A stretch of 64,000 nucleotides of DNA. Source: Balanoglossus misakiensis. Its lineage: Eukaryota; Animalia; Hemichordata. The stretch lies in contig CM082598.2 in the NCBI GenBank assembly GCA_040954595.2, forward strand, positions 9,935,097 to 9,999,096, given 5' to 3'. The notes under the pieces were generated by a model. The model searched no databases and was not told where the DNA came from. It worked only from the letters and a program-made list of their open reading frames with translations. The position numbers and the translations under genes are program-made. Below are positions 13,001 through 25,000 of this stretch, piece by piece (within the stretch, counting starts at the first letter, position 1; every line of letters starts with the position of its first letter).

Positions 13001-16000
13001 GGTATGTGTAAGTCGGGATAATTACGGGCCCAAGCCAAGCCAGGCTTGGGCCCGTATTGGTTTCGCTGGGGTTTTTAGGGCCCAAGCGCAAGCAAGCGCT
13101 TGGGCCCTATTGGTTTCGTTGGAATTTTTCTTTCTTTCTTTCTTTCTTTCTTTATTCTTGTGTCAATTCTTCGGCCAACGAGATCTCTGAAACTACTGCA
13201 GGTACACTTCTCAAACTTGCTACAGTGGTCAAGGTCAATGAGTAGATGTGCAGTGACTTGTGAATACTTAATTAGTCACGTGACCTGGCGGCCATATTGG
13301 ATTCTCTGAAAAAATACAAATCTCAGATCTCAGAAACTACAAGTCAGATCGACTTCAAATTTGGCATGCAGGTAGACTACCTTCTACCCATCATTTTTGT
13401 CATTGGAAATTTTGCTGTCAATGTTGCAGTTTTTTTGCTACAATTTTTTTTCTGAAATCTGGCTTAAATTTCAAAAATCTTCTTCTCCAGAACCGATGAT
13501 AACTGAGACACGGGGTTTGGGGTATGTGGTCACCTAAGTGATGTCTATCAAGTTTGCGAAGATCATTGTGATTGGTCGACGATTATGGCGGCCATATTGG
13601 ATTTTCGAAAAACCATAGTTAAACTCCAAAAATCTTCTTCTCCAGAACGGGCGATGACTGAGTCACAAGATTCGGGGAGTATGGTCACTACACTGATGTC
13701 TATCAAGTTTGCAAAGAGCATTGTGATTGGTCAAAGATTATGGCGGCCATATTGGATTTTGTAAAAAGCAGTGAAAAATTGAAATTCCTTTTTCTAGTCT
13801 AAAAATTGATAGCATACAAATTCTTTTTATGGATATCAATCGTCATGTGACTAAAATATGTAACAATTTTTTGGCGATTTTTCACATGACCTTTGACCTA
13901 CTTATCACGCGTTATTATTTCTGCATATCTAATTCCAGGCTAACCTATAGGGCTAGACGTTTGGTTTTTGATGCTTGTGGACTAGTGTGTGATCAAAATA
14001 TTTTGCTACTTTTCATGACCCCTTTGACCTCTGCTGACCTCATTAATTATGTGCATAGCTAATTACAGGCGAACCAATAGAGCTAGAGGTTTGGTTTTTG
14101 TTGGACATGGACAAGTATGGGATCAAAATTTTTTGCCCAAATGTTGGGTGACCTCTGGTGACCTTTGACCTACTTTCGCATATCTCAGCATCCAGAGCAG
14201 ATACAGCCATGGCATTTGGTAGGATGGGACCAAAATGTAAAGCCACATTTTTGGGTCACCTGTGACACCTGCTGACCTCATTAAATATGCACATACCTAA
14301 TTACAGGCGAACCAATAGAGCTAGAGTTTTGGTTTTTGTTGGACATGGACCAGTATGGGGTCAAAATTTTTTGCCCAAATGTTGGGTGACCTCAGGTGAC
14401 CTTTGACCTACTTCACCCTATTTCAGCAGCAAAAATACACACATCCTTGTTATGTCATGAGATAATACATCTGATAGAAAATTCTGTTTCTTCTCATTCA
14501 TACTGTGCATGTATAATTCAAGATCAGCGCTTGGGCCCGACAATGCTGCTCGCAGCTTTAATTCTGTCTTTCTTTCTTTCTTTCTTTATTCTTGGTTCCA
14601 TTCTTTATCGCTCTAGATCTCAAACACTGCTGCAGGTACAGTTCTCAAACTTGCTACAGTGGTCAAGGTCAATGAGTAGATGTGCAGTGACTTGTGAATA
14701 CTTAATTAGTCATGTGACATGGCGGCCATCTTGGATTTTCTGAAAAAATGCAAATCTCAGATCTCAGAAACTACAAGTCAGATCGACTTCAAATTTGGCA
14801 TGCTCGTAGACTACCTTTTGCCCATCATTTTTGTAATTGGAAATTATGCTGACAAAGTTGCAGTTTTTTTGCTACAATTTTTTTTCTGAAATCTGGCCTA
14901 AATTTCAAAAATCTTCTTCTCCAGAACCGGTGATAACCGAGACACAGGGTTTGGGGTATGTGGTCACCTAACTGATGTCTATCAAGTTTGCGAAGATCAT
15001 TGTGATTGGTCGAAGATTATGGCGGCCATATTGGATTTTAGAAAAACCCTAGTAAAATTTGAAAAATCTTCTACTCAAGAACCGGCCATAATTGAGTCAC
15101 AAGATTTGGTGTGTGTGGTCATTAAACAGATGTCTATCAAGTTTGCGAAGATGAATGTGATTGGTCGAAGATTATGGCGGCCATATTGGATTTTGTGAAA
15201 AACGATTAAAAAGTAAAAATTCCCTTTCTAGCCTAATAATTGATAGCACAGAAATTCTTTTTATGGATATGAATCATCATATGACAAGAATAAGCTATAA
15301 ATATTTTGGTAATTTTGGCAATGACCTTTGACCTACTTTTGACGCATCATTTTTCTGCATATCTAATTCCAGGCTAACCAATAGGGCTATAAGTTTGGTT
15401 TTTGATGTATGTGGATTTGTATGTGATCAAATAATTTCGCTACTTTTCATGACCACTTTGACCTCTGCTGACCTCATTAAATATGCGCATACCTAATTAC
15501 AGATTAACCAATAGACCTAAAGGTTTGAGTTTTTTTGGACATGGATCAGTATGGGGTCAAAATATTTTGCCCAAATGTTGGGTGACCTCCGGTGACCTTT
15601 GACCTACTTTTGAATATCTCGGCATCCAAAGCAGGTACAGCCTTGGCATTCGGAGATATGGGGCCATTATGAAAAGCCAAAGTTTTGGGTCACCTGTGAC
15701 CTCTGCTGACCTCATTAATTATGTGCATAACTAATTACAGGCGAACCAATAGAGCTAGAGGTCTGGTTTTTATTGGACATGGACCACTATGGGTAAAAAT
15801 TTTCTGCCCAAATTTTGGGTGACCTCAGATGACCTTTGACCTACTTTTGCATATCTCGGCATCCAAAGCAGGTACAGCCTTGGCATTTGGAGATATGGGG
15901 CCATAATGAAAAGCCAAAGTTTTGGGTCACCTGTGACACCTGCTTAACTCATTATTTATGTGCATACCTAATTCCGGGCTAACCAAAAGGGCTAGAGGTC

Positions 16001-19000
16001 TGGTTTTTGTTGGACATGGACCACTATGGGTCAAAATATTCTCCCCAAATTGTGGGTGACCCCTGGGTGACCTTTGCCCTACTTAACACTATATCAGCAC
16101 CAAACATAGATATAACCTTGATATTTCTTGGGATAAAACACAGCATTATGTTTCTACACATTAATTATGTGCATATCTAATAATCAGATCAGATAATAGA
16201 GCTTGGGCCCGGACAATGCTGCTTGCAGCTTTAATTTCTACTTGATTTTTGGGTCTTCTTGCGCATTCGTTCAGGTTTCTCAAGATGTTTCTATAAATGT
16301 ATTTAAAATAAGAAGCTTAACATCTTTCACACCAGTTCTTTTCGAAAACGCACATCAAAGGGATAGATCGGAAGACTTTAGTTTTATCCATTTTTTTCAG
16401 GAAAATAGACATTAATCCAATGGAGTTGGAAACCAATAAATTGTTTGTAATTACTTTTATTTGGAATTTGAACAAAGGAGGGAATGATAAAAGTGTGAAC
16501 AGAGATTTGAGGAAAGTTGATAGATCTCGTTCAGCTGATCAGAACATTATTTTGAGGCGAATCACAAATGCGATCTGGGGACCAGAGTTTTTATTTAATT
16601 TCAGTAGTTTAAGGGTTATAGCAACCATTTCATTGGTTATGACTACCTGTAGGTCACATATAGTAGGATTGTGCACAATTATGAAATCGACGACTTATCT
16701 AAGGTGTTACTGGAATATTTACTAGCAATAGTTTTACATCATATTTTGTAGGGATTGCATTAACTTGGCTCCATATGGATGTATAGAAAGGTAACAGGAA
16801 GTTCAGCATTCTTATTATTTCAACATCGGTGTATTTACATTTGGCATCATTGTTGAAAAATATAGCCTGAGTTGTGTTTAATGACAATATGCTCATGCCT
16901 ACGACTGCCACCAAAGAAAGCCTGTTTCATCAGTAATGTTAGTCTCTGTTGTAATGGGACAGTTTCCTTCCCAATGTGTTTGTATAGGAATAGGAGACTG
17001 TAGGTGTGTCCTGAATTTTAAGAATGGTGCTAACTTTATTCGTTATATCATTGTCTAAAATTTTGCCAATGCTTATTCTGTCCATCCTTTGTAAACCAAT
17101 CTTAAAATCTCGGAAAAAACCTCATGTTGACTACTGAGACATTCTGGTCGAACATTTTAATAGGTGTATCTTTGTCCGAGATACAGATAATGGATATGTA
17201 TACTGGTGTTTCAGGATTGCATACACTCATTTGGAAACACACAAATATGATCAGAACAATGTCTAGTACATTTTAATGTACATTTCAATATACATTTAGT
17301 TCAGAGAATAGGTTATAATTTGCGTTTATACAGTTCAACTTGATAAAAAACAGTTAAGCTTTAAATAATCTCTGATATACACTGTACTTAGAATTCAGAC
17401 TAATAAATGATATTGCCTGATAGTATATCAAGAAAACACTTATTTATGAATTTATGATAAAATGGCCAAAAATGAAAGGAATATCAGTAGAGTGAAACAT
17501 TTCCGCAAGTTTTCTGCAATGAAAAATAAAAATCCAATGTCTCGGTGGAGTACATTTACTTCCATGTGTCTACTGGAGGAGATCATACTTTGTTTCTGAA
17601 GTTCTAAAGTGAGAAATGCAATGTTGTCATTGTATTTTGCATATTACTACAGTGACGGCAATATTCCTTTTCGGCAAAGATTAATTATTCATCTGGTTAA
17701 AACTTGTATATAACTCATGTTTAGGGTTTATAATACTTGTATATACGTCATGCAGCGTTAACTTATGCAAATTAGTTTTCAAATATACTCAATTATGACA
17801 ACTAACCTGTTTTCGCACTATAAAAGTGATTTCCATAGCTCTTACATTGTTAATTGAAATAATTTGGCGGCCATTTTTTATGCTAATTATCTCAAATTGC
17901 TCAACACTGACAGAGCTCCAGTAACCATTTCTTTCACTCTGGTGATCTATACAAGCAGAATCCGCTTTAAAAACTCTGAAGACACTAATACAAGGTTCGT
18001 CACAAAAAGCGGACTTAGCAGCCGGCCTATACATTGATAATGTGAAATCATTTGGCGGCCATTTTTTATGCTAATTTATTCAAATTGCTCAATACTGACA
18101 GAGCTCCAGTAACCATTTCTTTCAATTTGGTCATCTATACAAGCAGAATCCGCTTTAAAAACAACTTTAGACGCCAAAACAAGGTTCGGCAAAAACAGTG
18201 GATTTGGCGGCCGGACTACTAGAATGTGTGTGTAGCTTGAGCTGGCAGGTCAGCAGCAGCAGCACACAACAGGTTTGCATTGACAAGCGTAAATGGAATT
18301 CTGAGCCTGGGCCGGTGTACAAAAACCAATGTGAACATGCTTAAGTCAGCCCAGGGCCGACTTAGTTTGGTCCCAGTAGGAAGGGGGGGGGATTTAAGGC
18401 CGACATAAAAGCTGGGCCGACTTACCTTCGCGTATGTGGATGCATTCTTGGCGTTATGTGAGCCTCGTTGATCCTTTACGTGGAGTGCCATGGACTGGTT
18501 ATTTCTCCACCTCCGATGTACATGTACCCGTCACGCATCCAATCAGTAGATGTCTCTGATGATTAAAATTGTGACTGCAGGCACATTTTAGAATTTCTTA
18601 AACACGCAACATGCCTATTTAAAGCGGATTATGGTAAGACTATGCAAATGTGAAAAAGTCAGGCTACTGGCAAGACGTACTGTGTGTGCTCCCGGATTTT
18701 GAGAAATTCACCGGGTTTATGGCTTTCATTGTCATCCAATCTTACATATGATATCCATGAATATATAGCGAGTACATGTATGTGGAAAATACATTGAAAA
18801 ATCCTGCAGTGTTAGTAAGGGAACGCAATTTTCTCGAAAGCGTTGTGCCAGAATGGCCGTTTGACCCCATTTGTAAAAGTCATTCTATACTGTCGATCAT
18901 GATTATTCAAATTCAAACAGCGGCCTAAGCGATGTTTGCTCCCACTGGTCAAGACAAATATAAACCACACACAAATTTGCGAAATACCATTATGTAGACA

Positions 19001-22000
19001 ATTTATCCAAACGCGTAGATTTTACCACGGTCCCTCCACTAGCAACTACGCTTGACATGACCGCAGTAGTTGACCTACGTAAATGTCTTGTAGCCCAAAT
19101 AAGCACGAAACGTAATTGCTCATTCAGTCCCATGAAAGGTGCTAAAATCATTGCCTATTGACGCCATTTCCATTTCCAAACGTCACATTCTGAGTTCACC
19201 GATACAATAAGAACCATTGCCTTGGGTGACCAGGATTGAAGCATTTGTCGGTTGCAGAAAAAAGACCCGATTCAATTTGCTCTGGAAAGAATATATCGAC
19301 AACTTCCCAAAATGTTTGGCTATTGTTCATTTTCATATACTCTCATGATCAGAATTGAACTCTACCAACTACATGTACTACAGAATTATATTATCTACCA
19401 TTAGCTGACGGAACTTTTCTTACATTCACTTATCAAGCTGTTGTATATTGTTGTAGACATTTCTTTTTTACGAGAACGGCCGTAATTTTTGATTGAGTTT
19501 GGTCCCATGTCATAAGCTTCCCGGCACACTGATTGTAAAAGGGCTGATTGAGAAATTTATTCCCAAAGTTTTTACTGGTATAGGCAAGACGCTCGATCAA
19601 ATAGACTTTTGCAGGGAACAGTCTCCTAAAAATCAAAGTGAGCGATGTAAAGTGAAATGGGGAATTCGAACAGGATATTGTTTGCGGGTTAGGGCTAACA
19701 GTGTGTCCTTGGGGTAAGACGCCCAGGCTTTGATGCCACGTTGCACAATTATTATACATTCTGTTACGGGAAGTAGTGTCATTGCACTGGCGTGTCTTAG
19801 TTTTGACCTCTGCTTGAGGAGCTGATAAATTTCATCATGGTTTTTTATTGTCTTCTGCTGTCATGTAAAATGTGTGAAATTGTTGACCTCGATAAAATCT
19901 CGTCCAACTAATAGTATGTAGGGCCTACACGTACTCAATTCAGACAGTACTCAAATTCGGACAGTGGATACATCGAGATTGTTTTACGCATGCAGGACCG
20001 GTTGATCGTATATCACATCTTGCCACAGAAAAGTACTTTTTTTGCAATTGTCTGTGTTCCTGGACATTATTTTGTATGTGTCGATGGTGAACTCTGTTAT
20101 ACATGTATTCCACGGAAAGGTGGCAATTGAATGCATCCCATGGGTAAACAGATTTTACCCCTGTGATAAGCCACCGTTTACACAAGCATTCAAAACTCCC
20201 ACCCAGCACATTTGCATATCCTACACCACCTATTGTGTGCCCACAGCCAATTTGTTTCCACTTTAAGTCGTGCGAATTTATGCCACCGCCAGTAGAATTC
20301 ATACAGTGTGTTCTATTCAGGCACGTTCTCTTCTACGTGGTCTTTTTCGGTTATTTATTGAACTATTCACTGTTCAGGGTTCGGGTCTTCTTGTTGAGGA
20401 TATAAACCCAGGCTCCTGCCAATCAGTAATAACTTTAAGTTTCACCCAGGAGGGGGGGGGGAGACTCATGAATGCTGTCCTCTAGTGGCTACTAAATTGA
20501 CCAATCAGAGTGCAGCATTCTGGAAATTAACAGGTCAGTCACATGCGCGTCTTCTTGACAGTAAAGGCTCAAAAAACCCGTTTTTGAACAGAATGTGATC
20601 ATAGAAATAAAACAATCATAAATTTGGAAAGTTACATTATGTGTACCACGCCGGACATTTTTTTCGTATGATACTACATATACATGTTTATTTTACAGAG
20701 AGTTGAAATTGACATACTAATTCTGAAAGTAGGACCTTAAAAAGTTAAGTAACTGTGTTTTGGGCATTATTGCATGAAAACGGTCCGGGCGTTATCCATT
20801 TAAAAACATTTTTGAGGTTTTTTTCATCATAACAGTTTAAAAATAAAAAAGCGCCTCTCTCTAAAACCCTGTACGACCATATTGAATTACACGCCCGAAA
20901 ATGGGTACTATTTCTGCGACTCCCATAGAGAACGTAACGTGTTTGGCACGCGGCCATTATACAGTGTTCGCTGCAGTCAAGTTGACAGAAACAAACAGGC
21001 GCAAATTACTTTGCCTTCGCAGTATCCCAAGAATCGTAACCAAGGATCTTACAAAATACCAAAATCAGTCATGGCCCTGCATCAGACCATGGAGGTAACA
21101 GGTCGCCGACTGGTGGGAGTTGTCTGCTCAGAAGTAGCAGTACAGTGTGTGGAGACGTCGCTGTAAGACACACCACCGGCCCAACCACACTGAGCTGCAA
21201 TGCTCTTGGCTCTTAGCCGTCCCAGTCGGTAACAAATCGTTACGGCACTTAATCTTCTCAGTTCGGCCTTTAATTTACTCGATCCCGGCCGTTTCAGGCC
21301 AGATGCAAACCGATTCTGCAGTTTGCAGTTCAGTAAAGTTGACGAACGGGATAGTCCAGGAACGCCGGGAGCAGGGCTACCGAACGGGACGGTAGAAAAT
21401 TACCCACTGTGCTATGCAGCTTGAGTCGACCCCCCTGGTTTAACCCAATAAAATTTGGAGTGTATTATGTCACAGTTGATCTACTAATTATTATGTCACA
21501 GTTGATCAACAAATTGTATCATATAGGTATGTGTCTTTTACATTGTTTAAAATTGTTTTTTTTTTTCAGACAACAATGATCTTTGATATAAAACTAGGAG
21601 GGGAATCTCATGATGGCTATATGACCTATCACTATCCAGTGTTATCACCTCTACCAATCAAACCGTTTAAATTGAAAGTAACAGGACTCCCAAATGTTCA
21701 AGCAACACAAATAACATGTGAGTTATGTATCCTTGATGCTTTTGATAAATTTGATCTCTCTGGTACATTTATACAGGAGAATATGTTATAATTATATATA
21801 ATTTCCCCGTCTTTCGAACGAGTGTGTCTGCTTCGTGGACGAGTGATTCCCCTTATAGCGGCCGTATCCCTCCGAGCCGCAGGCGAGTGCAGCTCGAGGG
21901 ATACAGCCGTATCCCTCTGAGCTGCAGGCACAAGACGCAGACACACGAGTGAGGTATACGGGGGAATTATATGTTTATCACATACATAGGACAAGTTTCC

Positions 22001-25000
22001 ATGAAATTGAGTTTCATAGTGAATTTAAAACATTTCAGCGAAAAAAGATAGCACTATTTTAAGAGGATCGACAGGTCATGTTATGTGGTCGGGGTCACAC
22101 GCAACGAACCGCGATCAGCTGTAGCAATGGCTGTAGTAATAACGGGCCTCGAAGGTTAAGTTTTTAGGGGTTATTACACGAATTTTCGTCGATAACGTGT
22201 CGTATTCGAGTGATGTCCGTATTTTGACGAGTTGCGAAGCAACGAGTCAAAATAAGGACATCACGAGAATGCGTCGCGTTATCGACCAAAATTCGTGTAA
22301 TAACCCCTTTATAATACATGCCTACCTATAAAACAGTATGATTTGCGAAAATTCGCCGAGAAAAACAATTTCATGTTAACAATTATTTTGCATTGAGAAT
22401 TTCGAAGAAGTAAAAATGATACATTCAACATGGCAAAACCTCCAGCTTTGAAAACATTATTACAGCTTCTAATAACCGTATTTTACAACACCCCTCTCCA
22501 CTAGCGTCCTATGCCCCGTACGTCGCTCGCACGCGCAGCTAACTGTCGCGCCGCGCGTTTTCAAAAATAATTAGAGACGCGGAGTGAAGATATATTTCAC
22601 AATGTGAAATACCGTAAAATATCTTCGGGGCGAGAACAATAGAAAGTGCCAAACACAGGCGTTGCATGTATGATAAATCGTGCTATTTCTGAGTGAAATC
22701 AGACGAAATATGAGATACAAGAGGTATCGCTTCACCTTCAGATATTTTTGGTAGGTAAATATGGATGGAGGCACTGATAATACGACAAATTCAGAAAACT
22801 ACGTAAACGTTACTTGGACGTTACGCGGCCCCATTGATTACAACGCCGGACATTTATACTATAACGGGTTGAACAACATTGACTTTTCGATTAGAAATTG
22901 CAAGCAGCATATCAATTTCAAATTTGTGAAACACTTTTTGTGAAATTAGCAATAAAGTCATTGTAAAATATTTATATTGAAGACGTGTTAGTTTAAAATC
23001 TAAATGCAAACTTTTATCCAAGATTCACAGAGAATTTGCAGCATGGAAACCGATAAACATGTATCTGAAACATTAAAAAAACAATAGTTTGTGGTGAATC
23101 GATGTCAAATTTACTGAAAATGCTGGGAATTGACGAGAATAAATTGGCTTTTCTCCTACTACATGTCCTGAGAAATGTCGTTGCTACTGTCTGAAATAAA
23201 ACTTGGTCATCGCTCCCTGCTCGACTCGACTTGTTGACTGACTCGACTGCAAGCTGCTGTTGTTATGCTGCTCTACACCATGGGCGCAGACAAAACATCC
23301 CGTTTAACCGGGACATTGGTAAATTGGTCGATCCCACCCATGCATGTTCACCTTACATGCTATTGTTTACTTAGACGTCGACGGACGCACGTAAATACAT
23401 CTATCTTTATGTGTAGTTTTCTGAACAAAATGATGCATCGGCATCGTGGAAATCATGCCCTTCCCTACCGGAATTTTTGAGTGGTTCATTCTCCGAGTCC
23501 AAGTCGCGATCTTCCAATTTTGGGTGTTTCGCATCGAGGACAGACTGAAGCAGCTCCACGCGGCCGCTTTGGAAAGCTCCCCGGTGACCTCATACGCGGC
23601 AGCGCGTCCATCTACGTGATCGTTGAATTCGAGGCACGGTCCCGAGGGACCTGTCTGAGGTCATGTTTTCTAGAGCGGCTATAACTCAACGTGGTCAGTC
23701 GGCCGCCGTGGGTACGATAATCAGCGCGAAAGTCAATCATCATACGTTTTTTTTTCACATTTAGTGACTTTGGGGATGAAAATCCGCCTTTTTTGCATTG
23801 CACTTTATTAAATTTCCAAGAATTTAATGGGTATTCGGCCGAGGGGGGGGGGGGGGGGGGGGGCTTTAGACCGGATATAACCTCGATCTTCAAATGGGCC
23901 CTAAAACCATGGGGGGGGGGGGGGGGGGGGGGGGCTCTTACCCGGGCAAGTACGGTATGTGATAATAGTTAGTATCTGTCGCGAGCACTGATTGGATGAC
24001 AAAGCGGTGTTAAGTTAATGCACGCTAAATTTTATCCAATGGTACGATGTGTATTACACGGACAGAAACTACAACTTGCCAGATGACGGTTCCACAGTCA
24101 TTTATTCAATGTTTTTAATACGAATTTGGCTTATTTATGACCTTCTGAGAAATAGACTCCCACGCACCAAGTACCTGGGATCATATTTCTCACACCCGTC
24201 CGGGATATTTCGTGTAAAACTTGCCGCAAAAATCCTCAACTTGTGTGAGAAATATGATCCCAGGTCTTTGGGAGTGTGAGATTCTATTGGTCCACTTTTC
24301 GCAGAGATGATGTTGCAGGAGAACGATGGAATCAATATGAAATGCTTAAAGGTCCCATGTCATGCTTTGGATGTAGGGTACCTGTCTATGCATTGCCTAT
24401 TGTGTCGGTTCCGAAAAATGTGCGCGAATGCCGGAATTTGCCCCCTTTTTTCATGCCTGTGATCAGGGAGCCACTTCGCACTCGAGCCAGGCGAAGGTAT
24501 TTGCATATGGACAAACAAGTACACTAGGTCCTAGTGTACCATTCTGTTTACAGTAAAGTGTAATTAGCGATCCATGAGTAATTAAGTCCACAGACAAAGA
24601 CAAGCTATATAAACAGTGTTCAAAGCAATTTGCACACACACAAAAAATCATTTTTTCAGTGACAATGCAGCTATTTAAGAAACATTTATAATTTCATTCA
24701 TTTTGTCACAGACACATTGTTGGTCCTGGGACCTTTCTACTGCTGAGTTTTCGTGAGGTTTCATGGAGATGAAATTCCTTTTGACCCAGTTACAAATTTG
24801 CGCTCTCTGGGCTTACAGTGACCTTGAAGCGTCCCTATATATAGGGGTAGCCAAATGGCGGTGTTCATTGTGTAAATTGACTCTGAAGAGTGAACAGCGG
24901 ACACACGCTCCCGAGAATGCATGATTTTCCGAAGTTTTCGACCGCAAAATCCTTCACAATGCATACAAATTCCACCATGAATATGTATCCTACCGATTTA

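Larger units (their letters stand above)
11152..18218. mobile_element. Academ-like element, 7.07 kb including nested insertions
   Basis: CTA-TAGTCCGGCAGCCA ... TGGCGGCCGGACTA-CTA; inverted subterminal block (11245-11310 vs 18053-18120); right end tandemly duplicated (about 17865-18031). Confidence 0.7.

Noticed and set aside
21405-21411. CACAGTG as a true RSS
   Set aside because: No ACAAAAACC-like nonamer at 12 or 23 bp and no partner end found; kept only as a possible TIR.
21727-21791. Read-through tail of ORF 21531-21791 (CILDAFDKF...)
   Set aside because: Similarity to RMC1 resumes at 29408; this stretch is the start of the U12 intron.
23843-23934. Long G homopolymers (also about 7079-7095, 30727-30740, 59026-59039) as functional G-quadruplex elements
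   Set aside because: Mostly inside TE subterminal regions, and homopolymer length is error-prone; no independent support.
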